Virus record (IMG/VR): IMGVR_UViG_2778261460_000001 | Coordinates: 1 to 36,755 of that record | Length of the DNA: 36,755 nucleotides | Origin: a virus | Taxonomy: Duplodnaviria; Heunggongvirae; Uroviricota; Caudoviricetes | Reading direction: 5' to 3' (one strand) | Shown here: in pieces, positions 27,969 through 36,678 of the stretch | Layout of the letters: every line of letters starts with the position of its first letter | How positions within the stretch are numbered: position 1 is the stretch's first letter | The notes under the pieces: model-generated | Told to the model about the DNA's origin: nothing | The model's database searches: none | Seen by the model: the letters and a program-made list of their open reading frames with translations, nothing else | Translations under genes and position numbers: made by a program

Positions 27969-29095
27969 CAATCAGGAAACACCGCCAGGGCGAAACGATC
28001 AATATAACTTTCACCTACAAAGGTGTTAAATGTCGTGAGCCTCTTTCCAATCTGGAAGTAACACCAAAGAACATTAAATACGCCGAGCGCACACTCGGCG
28101 AAATTCATAATAAGATCGAAAGGGGAACATTCATTTATGCGGAATATTTTCCCCGTTCTGCTCGTTTGAAAATTTTTGGTAATGCTGCTGCAGGCAAAAC
28201 GGTAAAAATGTACCTGGACGAATACCTTGAAATCTGCGAAACGAGAAAACTTTCACCCTCTACGATTGGTGGCTATAAAAAATGCCGTAGTGCGTTAGCC
28301 TCACTTCACATTTGCCCTGCAAGTGAATTAACACCAGCAACCCTGAAAGCGTGGATTCAAAATCAGAAAACGACCTTAAAAACAATTCGCAACCAGTTAT
28401 CTTTCCTGCGGTCAGCACTTGATGAAGCCGTGACCGATGGGGTACTTCAAATTAACCCCGTATCGTTAGTAACAGCTTCGCGCTACCAAAGTGATAAGTC
28501 AGAAGCAGAAAGCAGCTACGTAGTTGATCCGCTATCACCAGCAGAAGTTGATGCATTACTAGCAGCAGCCGGAAACAAACAATGGGAAAATCTGTTCCGG
28601 TTCGCTATACATACAGGCCTGCGTAGTTCTGAATTATGTGCCCTTCGATGGCGTGATATCGACTTTGTTGGAAAAACTGCCCATGTCCAGAGCGCAAGTG
28701 TTGTCGGTGTTATCAAAGGGACAAAGACAAAAGCAGGTACTCGGAAAGTTGAACTGACAGAAGAGGCAATGTTGGCGCTGATAAATCAGAAGCCATTTAC
28801 ATTCATGAAGGATACTACTGTCTTTGAAGATCCAAAGACCAATAAGCCTTGGGCAAGTGCTGATGCAATTAGGAAAAAAGCATGGGTGCCAACATTGCGA
28901 AAAGCAGGTATTCGTTACAGAAACCCATATCAAACCAGGCATACATTCGCCACCAGCCATATCAGCCGAGGAGCAAACCTGTTTTGGCTTGCAGCTCAAA
29001 TGGGGCATAAAGGGCCGGAGATGCTTTTCAGGCACTATGGTCGATATCTCAAAGAATACGACGGAAAAAGCTCCATCAAATACATTATACAATGA
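27929..29095 (+). CDS. Tyrosine integrase (lambda Int family)
   Basis: 388-aa ORF with the catalytic R…H-x-x-R…Y tetrad context (…HTGLRSSELCALRWRDID…, …RHTFATSHISRGANLFWLAAQMGHKGPEMLFRHYGRYL…). Confidence 0.85.
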   Translation: MGQTKLLKLPRGVTIRKHRQGETINITFTYKGVKCREPLSNLEVTPKNIKYAERTLGEIHNKIERGTFIYAEYFPRSARLKIFGNAAAGKTVKMYLDEYLEICETRKLSPSTIGGYKKCRSALASLHICPASELTPATLKAWIQNQKTTLKTIRNQLSFLRSALDEAVTDGVLQINPVSLVTASRYQSDKSEAESSYVVDPLSPAEVDALLAAAGNKQWENLFRFAIHTGLRSSELCALRWRDIDFVGKTAHVQSASVVGVIKGTKTKAGTRKVELTEEAMLALINQKPFTFMKDTTVFEDPKTNKPWASADAIRKKAWVPTLRKAGIRYRNPYQTRHTFATSHISRGANLFWLAAQMGHKGPEMLFRHYGRYLKEYDGKSSIKYIIQ

Positions 29096-29099
29096 TTAT

Positions 29100-29118
29100 G
29101 GCGGCATTTATTGCCGCC
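29100..29118. terminator. Hairpin between convergent genes
   Basis: GGCGGCA-TTTAT-TGCCGCC, a 7-bp perfect stem directly after the integrase stop and overlapping the stop of the convergent membrane-protein gene. Confidence 0.4.
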
Positions 29119-29737
29119 CACATAATTCATTATGCCATTTATCCAAGTAACAATCCAATTGTTTTAATGTTTTCAATACATATACAGGCTTACGTGGAGG
29201 ATGATTTTTTTGAAAAGAATCATATAAATGCATTATGAAATCGACACAAGCACTAGATACATTCTGAGCGCGAAAAACCCTATATGACTTATTAAAACAA
29301 TATGATTTCTCACATTCCATAGTAGCTTCATCTATAATATTAGAAAAATACGAAATTGTTATTTTTATCCCCCTCTCATCGAGAAGATTAATGTATTTAT
29401 TTATTTGTATGGCTTTTCCATGAATTGCCGTTAAATATATTTTCGCCGACTGAGTATGCAATCCATTAGAGTTCTTAAAACTTTTTTTCTTAAATGGATT
29501 AGAATCTGGTGGTATTGACTTATTAACCCAGTAATCCAGAGACAAATCTGATATTTCGTTTAAAATTTTAGCAATCGCATCTATAATCGATTTAGATTCA
29601 GAGCGAGTAGCAATCTTCAGTGAATTATTGTAAGTAACAAACCATCCAATAAACACTAAGATAATACTCACAACACTAAACATCCATGCGTAAGTGGACA
29701 CCCCTGCAAGGGTGTCCTTAATATCAACGGTGTTCAA
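29108..29737 (-). CDS. Membrane protein, third gene of the GHKL/STAS operon (candidate effector)
   Basis: A hydrophobic segment (YAWMFSVVSIILVFIGWFVTY) predicts one transmembrane helix. Start is ambiguous: the track start at 29821 is a GTG with no Shine-Dalgarno and an 83-nt overlap, whereas a TTG at 29737 sits 5 nt after AGGAG and 2 nt after the upstream stop; an ATG at 29683 is also possible. AT-rich. Confidence 0.45.
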   Translation of the reverse strand: MNTVDIKDTLAGVSTYAWMFSVVSIILVFIGWFVTYNNSLKIATRSESKSIIDAIAKILNEISDLSLDYWVNKSIPPDSNPFKKKSFKNSNGLHTQSAKIYLTAIHGKAIQINKYINLLDERGIKITISYFSNIIDEATMECEKSYCFNKSYRVFRAQNVSSACVDFIMHLYDSFQKNHPPRKPVYVLKTLKQLDCYLDKWHNELCGRQ

Positions 29738-29738
29738 A

Positions 29739-30080
29739 TCAACTCCTTTGGAAAGGCTTCCTTTCTGGATTAGCCATTTCAATATATCTAAAAATTTGAT
29801 CTTTATAGAACGGCAAATCACTTTTTATAATTAGTTTTGCCTTAATGTCAGCCTTAGGTACACCTTCCTTCCTAACAAGCCCTCCAAAGGCCTCCTCTAG
29901 AAACGAAGAACCAATCCCATGATTTATACCCGTAAAATCTACGACAACCTCACGCTCACCAGATTTTAATGCAGGAACCAGAAAGTCCTTACGAAAACGC
30001 TCAGCACTGTTCGGGCTGTCAGACTTGAACCTTCCAAATGGCATCTTTGAGAAATCCCTTGCTATGACGATGTTAACCAT
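29739..30080 (-). CDS. STAS-like (DUF4325-like) small protein
   Basis: 113-aa ORF with a strong Shine-Dalgarno (GGAGAGGAGAAG) that overlaps the upstream ATPase stop by 8 nt. The segment …EVVVDFTGINHGIGSSFLEEAFGGL… resembles STAS/anti-sigma-antagonist-like folds. Confidence 0.5.
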   Translation of the reverse strand: MVNIVIARDFSKMPFGRFKSDSPNSAERFRKDFLVPALKSGEREVVVDFTGINHGIGSSFLEEAFGGLVRKEGVPKADIKAKLIIKSDLPFYKDQIFRYIEMANPERKPFQRS

Positions 30081-30996
30081 CTTCTCCTCTCCTCGGAACT
30101 AATGACCATTCAATCAATGTTCCCGGCATGTACTCAGGTATCCACTCGCATTTGGGAACCTCATTTCTTGAATTATAGCTGTACTTAACATTCCCTGTGA
30201 ACACCAAAAGTGATTCTGAATTCGCACAGCCAGACCCTATAGGTCTCTTTATATCCTCAGAACCATTACCACGTCCAGCGTTAACATATCTGGACTGTCC
30301 TCCTGTCAGGGCTGTTGACACAGATGTCACGTCGTCATACCCAGTAAACAACGGAGAGGCTGAAGTAAATGATTTATGTATGCCAAGCCCAAGATCATAA
30401 ATAATAAAGACAACCTTGTCTGTGTCAGGGTTGTACCAACAACTCTGCCACCATCGTTTCCCTTGCATATGCTCTGTAGCACCAGCAAAGTCTGGATGTT
30501 CATATGCATGATATGAAACATTCAGCATTGCCTCACTAAGGGCTGAGGAGACCAAAAGATATTGCTCAAATGTGAGAATTGCTTTTGAATCAATAAATTC
30601 CATCGTTTTAGCCCAATGTTCATACGGTTCCACAGCAGACTGAAAGTACCTGCGTTCCTTAGTAAGAACATCTAATTTATCAACTGTATTTGCCATTAGA
30701 GCAATCGATAACCCCGTCCCAACAATATATCGATGCCCATACGGATTATTTTCTTTTTTCGGCCAAATAAATCGAAGACTACTTGTGCCGAATGCCATAA
30801 AATAAGCCCTACTGATGATAGCAAACAACCTTACGCTAGCTGCAGCACCTGCATATTCTACTGTCGAAAAGTCTATAACCACTTGTCCAGATGCTCTCGC
30901 AAGGGTGTTATCAACTGAGTTCAAAAACTTAGCTGTAACACGGCGATCAGAATCATTATAAAGGCACAATCTTTTTGGGGAAATCAACAGTTCCAT
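30073..30996 (-). CDS. GHKL-family ATPase / kinase-like protein (HATPase_c-type)
   Basis: 307-aa ORF with a GAGGTG Shine-Dalgarno. Bergerat-fold motifs appear in canonical order and spacing: N-box (LSEAMLNVSYHA), G1 (IYDLGLGIH = DxGxG), G2 (GRGNGSEDI = GxGxG). There is no H-box, so it is not a classical histidine kinase. Confidence 0.6.
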   Translation of the reverse strand: MELLISPKRLCLYNDSDRRVTAKFLNSVDNTLARASGQVVIDFSTVEYAGAAASVRLFAIISRAYFMAFGTSSLRFIWPKKENNPYGHRYIVGTGLSIALMANTVDKLDVLTKERRYFQSAVEPYEHWAKTMEFIDSKAILTFEQYLLVSSALSEAMLNVSYHAYEHPDFAGATEHMQGKRWWQSCWYNPDTDKVVFIIYDLGLGIHKSFTSASPLFTGYDDVTSVSTALTGGQSRYVNAGRGNGSEDIKRPIGSGCANSESLLVFTGNVKYSYNSRNEVPKCEWIPEYMPGTLIEWSLVPRRGEDG

Positions 30997-31137
30997 GGCG
31001 ACACCTCAGCCAAATCTGTCTAGTCAAAAATGAGCAAAATAAATTACTATAAAATAATGACGAAGTGCACGTTTTTGATACGCAAAGATTGCAGGAAGAA
31101 ATTAAACTTTATTTTTCATACACATAAATTCAATCAT

Positions 31138-31167
31138 ACGCGGGTTCAACTCCCGCCAGCTCCACCA
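31138..31167 (+). other. ssrA: tmRNA (ssrA) 3'-terminal fragment, putative integration core (att)
   Basis: ACGCGGGTTCAACTCCCGCCAGCTCCACCA matches the T-arm plus acceptor 3' strand plus CCA of enterobacterial tmRNA. Upstream sequence is not tmRNA, so this is a duplicated 3' end, not the gene. Confidence 0.7.
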
Positions 31168-31332
31168 CTTTTTAGTTGTTTGAAGTTCAATGAAGTCTAC
31201 TAAGCCCACACAGCACAAGCTCTGCGGGCTTTTTTACGTCTATTGTCGTCCAGTGAGAATTGCTGAGAACTACGAGTTATGGCACCCTGAATGGGACCCA
31301 CTAAGAAGGGTCCAAAAACCGAGGGTCCCAAA

Positions 31333-32562
31333 ATGGCAAAAATCGCTAAGAAGCTCACTGACACTGAAATCAAAAGCACCAAGCCAGCCGATAAAGAAAT
31401 CAACTTGTTTGACGGTGATGGTCTGATTCTACGAATCGCTCCTTTGGCGAAAGGAGGCAAGAAAAATTGGTATTTCAGGTATGCAGTACCAGTGAGCAAG
31501 AAAAGAACCAAAATGAGCCTTGGGACATATCCTCACCTTACCCTTGCAAGAGCCAGAGCCTTACGTGATGAATATCTCTCCTTTCTGGCAAATGGTGTTG
31601 ATCCCCAAATCCATAACAACGATAAGGCGAAGGCATTAAAGAGTGCTACTGAGCACACTCTCCAAGCCGTAGCGCGGAAATGGTTAGATGAGAAGGTAAA
31701 GACATCAGGTATCTCACAAGACCATGCAGCAGACATCTGGCGCAGCTTAGAGAGAAATGTCTTTCCCGGTCTGGGTAATGTCCCTATCAATGAGATCCGA
31801 CCTAAGCTCTTAAAACAACACCTTGATCCTATTGAGCAACGAGGCGTATTGGAAACTCTACGCCGTATCATTTCACGTCTGAATGAAATCTTCCGGTGGG
31901 CAGCTACTGAAGAACTTATTGAGTTCAACCCGGCTGACAACCTTGGTCAAAGATTCAGTAAACCAAAAAAGCAAAATATGCCTGCCCTTCCCCCAAGCGA
32001 ATTGCCAAGGTTTATGGAATCTTTGACGAATGCGTCAATCCGGTTGGAAACACGTATGCTAATTGAATGGCAATTGTTGACATGGGTTCGTCCGGGTGAA
32101 GCCGTTCGCGCAAGGTGGTCTGATATTGATACAACCAACAGCATTTGGAACATTCCTGCTGATTTCATGAAAATGAAAAAGCTTCACAAAGTTCCTTTGA
32201 GTAAAGAAGCTTTGCGCATCCTTGAATTAATGAAATCAATAAGTGGGCATAGAGAATGGGTTTTCCCCAGCATAAAAGCGCCTCTTAATCATATGCATGA
32301 ACAAACAGCCAACGCAGCTATCATCCGAATGGGGTTCGGAGGCGAGCTTGTAGCTCACGGTATGCGTTCTATTGCACGAACAGCGGCAGAGGAGTCTGGT
32401 AAATTCAGAGCTGAAGTTCTTGAGGCAGCGCTTGCCCACTCGAAAAAAGATGAAATTATCGCAGCATACAATCGTGCAGAATATCTGATAGAGCGACAGA
32501 GTTTGATGCAATGGTGGAGTGATTACGTTCAAGCTCAAAGATCAAATGCTCTGGTAGCCTAA
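31333..32562 (+). CDS. P4-type (CP4-57-like) tyrosine integrase
   Basis: Start set to ATG 31333 with GAGGG upstream (the track ORF begins at 31291). The N-terminus (MAKIAKKLTDTEIKSTKPADKEINLFDGDGLILRIAPLAKGGKKNWYFRY) is the P4-integrase-family signature, and a C-terminal catalytic region follows (…HGMRSIARTAAEE…AHS…Y…). It sits about 165 nt downstream of the ssrA fragment on the same strand. Confidence 0.85.
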   Translation: MAKIAKKLTDTEIKSTKPADKEINLFDGDGLILRIAPLAKGGKKNWYFRYAVPVSKKRTKMSLGTYPHLTLARARALRDEYLSFLANGVDPQIHNNDKAKALKSATEHTLQAVARKWLDEKVKTSGISQDHAADIWRSLERNVFPGLGNVPINEIRPKLLKQHLDPIEQRGVLETLRRIISRLNEIFRWAATEELIEFNPADNLGQRFSKPKKQNMPALPPSELPRFMESLTNASIRLETRMLIEWQLLTWVRPGEAVRARWSDIDTTNSIWNIPADFMKMKKLHKVPLSKEALRILELMKSISGHREWVFPSIKAPLNHMHEQTANAAIIRMGFGGELVAHGMRSIARTAAEESGKFRAEVLEAALAHSKKDEIIAAYNRAEYLIERQSLMQWWSDYVQAQRSNALVA

Positions 32563-32600
32563 GTATCAGAATAGCTAATATAATCCTGAAGGTAAAGAAA

Positions 32601-33017
32601 ATGGAAACCCTATTCAAAGTTTTTGAAAAATTTAGTTCCAGACCACTTTTTTTTATTTTTTTCGGACTCTCACTTTGTGAATTTTTTCAGAAACAATCTG
32701 TTCTGATGAATCCATCAGCAGATAACATCGCGAAATTATTCGCAGCCATGATATTAGTTGTTTTTTTTACTTGGGGATTTGAATGGCTAATCTTCAAGTT
32801 CAATGTAAACCTTGAACCTCATGATCAAGGCGATATTGGACCAACAATTGGAACGGCTACTTTAGCTGTATACTTAGTTTATGCCTTTCACTTTCTCAGT
32901 GAAAATCCTGAAGCATTAAATTTAAAGTTATTAACTAACTCTGGCTTTATATACAGCACAACTCTATTATTATTCTCATTAGAATGCATGAAGCTTAGAA
33001 GACTTAAACAAAAATAA
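32601..33017 (+). CDS. Small multi-pass membrane protein
   Basis: 138-aa AT-rich ORF with 3 to 4 predicted transmembrane helices and an AAGGTAAAG Shine-Dalgarno-like sequence upstream; convergent with the receiver-effector gene. Confidence 0.4.
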   Translation: METLFKVFEKFSSRPLFFIFFGLSLCEFFQKQSVLMNPSADNIAKLFAAMILVVFFTWGFEWLIFKFNVNLEPHDQGDIGPTIGTATLAVYLVYAFHFLSENPEALNLKLLTNSGFIYSTTLLLFSLECMKLRRLKQK

Positions 33018-33088
33018 ACAACATCATTGTGATGATAAATATAAAATAGGCATGGCGAAAAAAAATCACCACGCCTAAAATATAATAA

Positions 33089-34855
33089 TTATGGTAGCAT
33101 CATTGATACATAATCCACACCAATCCTTGAGCTATACTGAGACGCTATAGCCTGATATCTTTCTGCATAACCAGTTCTCAGTTGAGATTTAAGTTTGAGT
33201 CGGACAGGAACATTTTGCACGTTGCCATCCATATTACTTAAAAACACGGCAGAAATAATATTTTTTTCTTCGCCATCAACTGTTGTTCCATGATTCAACA
33301 CCACCATATAATCAACAACAGGAAGCGTTTTATCCCCTTCGAAAATAGAGAGATATTTTCTTTGATTTTTATGCATTACATATATATATTTCGAATGTTC
33401 AGCAAATGGCAATGCTTTACTCTGACTGGCGTTAAAAAGCTCCAGAACTTTAATGAGCCTGTGCGGACTTAATCTTACATGGTGAGGGTCGTTACCCTGA
33501 GTAGGAACCAAATCACATGCCGCAGATACACATAAATACCATTTGTTCGACTCTGTATCAAAGAAAATAGTGCCAGTAGAAATATGACCATCTTCAAAAT
33601 TCTTTGAAGACAAATTCATATTTAAAGCATGATACATTTCGTGATAAGTATCATTATTTGATGGCAGATCCATTTTTGAAGAGCAATATTGGAGCAATGC
33701 AGCAACTCCGCTGTTAGCGTATTCATTTGAATAGCTATCAAAAACACTTTTGATAAATTCATCCAGCGTATTATTATTTTTAAGTCTTTGATAAAGCTCT
33801 TCTGATAAATTACCAAATACAAAGTCAATATTTCTACATCTAATATCAGGCGAGTCTGATTTTAATATCTCATTTAACCACGCAGCTTGACCGTAATGAT
33901 CGTTAGCCAAATGATTTACAAAAGATAAAGCCTCAGCTTCGATTGCATTCTGAATTTCAGATTTTATTAACTGATAATAAGATGGTTTCCATTCAATGAG
34001 AGAATCATTGAGAGTTTGCCAAATCCTATCTCCATCGTTTTCATGATCATCTTGAACCTTATGAAATAGGGAGACAAAGATATTACCACATTGAATCCAT
34101 TTTACTCCGCTTTCATCACCCCGAATGACATTGCCAGATGTGTTGCTAGAAATAATTGCATTTCTAGACACAGCATATTCTGCAATCATTTTTGCAATGA
34201 AGTTTTTATCCTTTTGATCCTCCAACACAGCATCATCATGTATTAATCTTTTAATTCTTCTACAAGGCTTACTGTCTTTAATATAGGCTATTGTTTCATC
34301 TCTTGTGAGAGCTTTATTACCATTATCATTTAAGTTCGGTAATACAACGTCTTCCCAATAACTTTGGACATCTTCATTATCGTAGTCAATGATCAAGCTG
34401 TTGATATCCAGAGCACCTTTGAGAGTCGATGATATCTGCATCCAAACCGTTTCTAAATTCTCTCTAGTATATATTACAATCATATTTAAATGATCGGAGT
34501 CTTTCAAATCTTGTAATAGTTTAAGTGTTTTATCAGGTGCATTATTATCAAGATGATAATCTACAATAATAAGATCTGATTTCCTAATCCGATCCACACC
34601 GAAATTAACAGAACCATTGTCAACATCACAAATCATATTTTTAGATTGAAAAAAGCTCTCAAGAGTAGCGGCTCGTTTAGATGAGTCAATTTTGTTGTAG
34701 TCTAAATCAACTTCGTTATTCAACGCCCTGATTGATTCAGAATACGTCAGAAAATCGTCATCAATCATGACAACGGAACGAATTGCATTTTCGCAGAAAG
34801 TTTTCTGGACAAGAGAATTATAATTTGCCACTGTCATATTAGAACTCCACTCCAT
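33089..34855 (-). CDS. Receiver (REC)-like domain protein with a large uncharacterised C-terminal domain (candidate effector)
   Basis: N-terminal receiver-like landmarks: acidic pocket (VVMIDDDF), candidate phospho-acceptor Asp (SDLIIVDYHL) and the conserved Thr region (MIVIYT), followed by about 400 aa with no motif I recognise. An alternative start at ATG 34837 has a GGAGTGGAG Shine-Dalgarno. It overlaps the upstream kinase gene stop. Very AT-rich. Confidence 0.55.
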   Translation of the reverse strand: MEWSSNMTVANYNSLVQKTFCENAIRSVVMIDDDFLTYSESIRALNNEVDLDYNKIDSSKRAATLESFFQSKNMICDVDNGSVNFGVDRIRKSDLIIVDYHLDNNAPDKTLKLLQDLKDSDHLNMIVIYTRENLETVWMQISSTLKGALDINSLIIDYDNEDVQSYWEDVVLPNLNDNGNKALTRDETIAYIKDSKPCRRIKRLIHDDAVLEDQKDKNFIAKMIAEYAVSRNAIISSNTSGNVIRGDESGVKWIQCGNIFVSLFHKVQDDHENDGDRIWQTLNDSLIEWKPSYYQLIKSEIQNAIEAEALSFVNHLANDHYGQAAWLNEILKSDSPDIRCRNIDFVFGNLSEELYQRLKNNNTLDEFIKSVFDSYSNEYANSGVAALLQYCSSKMDLPSNNDTYHEMYHALNMNLSSKNFEDGHISTGTIFFDTESNKWYLCVSAACDLVPTQGNDPHHVRLSPHRLIKVLELFNASQSKALPFAEHSKYIYVMHKNQRKYLSIFEGDKTLPVVDYMVVLNHGTTVDGEEKNIISAVFLSNMDGNVQNVPVRLKLKSQLRTGYAERYQAIASQYSSRIGVDYVSMMLP

Positions 34856-36557
34856 TGAACTGGATCACAAAATTAGCGCCATCTTTTATTAAATAGTTAT
34901 CGCCTTCATCAGGTTCTGAATACCATATTTTATGATGTGCAACAGCAAGGTTTTCTCGACATAGATACAGACCTACCCCATGTCCATTTGCTCTTTTGCT
35001 ATAAAATAGTTCAAATAGTCGCGGGATATCATCGGTATCAATTGCCGGACCAGAATTTGCTATGATAACCAAAGAATTCACAAAACCAATCTTTATGAGC
35101 CTATTATTTGACAGACTGACCCAATACATTGCATTGTTGATAATATTAGTAAAAACAGGATAGATCCTTGATGGTATATCTGTTATTGCGATTTGCTTAA
35201 ACTCTTCACTAAATTCAATAGTTATTCGTTGCCGTTCGAAACGCTCCCCAAAGAACTTCAGGACATAATCCATGATATTTTTTCCAGTTATTCTCTGCCT
35301 GGATTGATAACCTGATATTTTCAAAGGTGATAAGAAACGTATTTGTTGAGTAAGCGATCTGTGAGCATTTAACGCCAATGAAAAACCAGGGTGTTCTTTT
35401 ACAGAAGTAGGAAGAGAGTTTAGTCCTCTGGTTACCATAGAATCCATTTCTTCAAGTTCATGAGATATTATCTCAACACTAATACCTAACTGTGCAAGCG
35501 CGTTTAAACTTTTAGCTTTTTCTTCAAAATATGAGCGTTCTTCTTCAGATAATGAGAATGCTGAATCTAAGTTTATACCTTCAAATAATCTATCGAGACC
35601 TTTTATTATTGATTGATATTTGAAAGTTAGGGTATCAACTGACTCAACATATAAACTATCGAGCAAATTAAACACATTTTCAATTTGTGAATCATTATCT
35701 ATTGAATCAACAACTGATATAGTTTTAGCATAATAATCACTTCGATCAACCTTTATTTCATCGGCCCATTTTTTTAAAAGAGAATGTATCTTCTCCTCTA
35801 TCGTGTTATTAAACTTAGTTAGTTTAGAATTAATAATACCTTGATTTTTTTCAAGGTGATTTTTCGCTGACAATGAAGGCTCAAGTTTATTTAATTCAGA
35901 ATCAAGTTTATTAATTGCTAACTTCATTTGTAGAATATACGCAGAGAACTCATTAAATTTATCTCTGTAGTCTCTATATTTCTCTTCATACATTCCAAGT
36001 TTTGGAGGTTTGATAGGCGTTTTAATTTCACTGCGCAACGCATCTAAGTTTGTAAGATCACTGTCTATAATTTTAAGATAGTTTAAATCTAACGAACCAT
36101 CAGTTTTATCAAGCTTAGTTTTCAGCCTTTTAACAGCCTCCAAGGAAGCATCAAGAACTGGTGTCTGATTCTTCAAAGCTTCTGAAAAACTTTTTTGTGT
36201 TGATTTTCGAGCTTGTTGTTGAGCAGATTTTCTTAACTCTTTTTCACGCTTAACTTGTTCTAAAAGCTCTTTACGGTCATCAGAACGTGAACCAAAAAAT
36301 CTATCAGCAAGTTCAGTTAACAAATTAGATATAATAGTTTTCAGTTCTCTTGCAGCCTGGTTTCTTATGAATCCCTCTCTCCCCGACTTATCTTTCAGCT
36401 CTTTATTACTGGATTGAGTAATTCCAATATAACCAAAAATCCTTCTATTAGACCAATAATATCGCCCTGCATTCCATGAACGTCTTTCTTCTATCTGGAA
36501 GAAATCATTATCTACTCGACCATAAGGTAATACTCTCAAGCTATCCCTAAAAATCAT
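34839..36557 (-). CDS. Histidine-kinase-like protein (HisKA-type H-box plus HATPase_c), cytoplasmic, possibly 5'-truncated
   Basis: H-box-like (…LAQLGISVEIISHELEEM…), N-box (FTNIINNAMYW) and G2 (ANGHGVGLYL), with no transmembrane segments and a long helical N-terminal region. The reading frame stays open upstream of the ATG at 36557 right up to the IS3 terminus at 36679. Confidence 0.65.
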   Translation of the reverse strand: MIFRDSLRVLPYGRVDNDFFQIEERRSWNAGRYYWSNRRIFGYIGITQSSNKELKDKSGREGFIRNQAARELKTIISNLLTELADRFFGSRSDDRKELLEQVKREKELRKSAQQQARKSTQKSFSEALKNQTPVLDASLEAVKRLKTKLDKTDGSLDLNYLKIIDSDLTNLDALRSEIKTPIKPPKLGMYEEKYRDYRDKFNEFSAYILQMKLAINKLDSELNKLEPSLSAKNHLEKNQGIINSKLTKFNNTIEEKIHSLLKKWADEIKVDRSDYYAKTISVVDSIDNDSQIENVFNLLDSLYVESVDTLTFKYQSIIKGLDRLFEGINLDSAFSLSEEERSYFEEKAKSLNALAQLGISVEIISHELEEMDSMVTRGLNSLPTSVKEHPGFSLALNAHRSLTQQIRFLSPLKISGYQSRQRITGKNIMDYVLKFFGERFERQRITIEFSEEFKQIAITDIPSRIYPVFTNIINNAMYWVSLSNNRLIKIGFVNSLVIIANSGPAIDTDDIPRLFELFYSKRANGHGVGLYLCRENLAVAHHKIWYSEPDEGDNYLIKDGANFVIQFNGVEF

Positions 36558-36678
36558 TAGTCCTGCATACTTTTTGGCCTTAAGATCAAAGTGGGAATGT
36601 TCACGTTCAGTATGTGATGTATTTTGTGAAAGGAATTCAAACGTTCCTATCTGAAGCTCAAATGGGCCGACCCCTGCG

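Noticed and set aside
31138-31167. Possible complete tRNA or tmRNA gene
   Set aside because: Only the 3'-terminal about 30 nt match tmRNA; the sequence upstream has no tmRNA or tRNA-like 5' half, so this is an att-core duplication.
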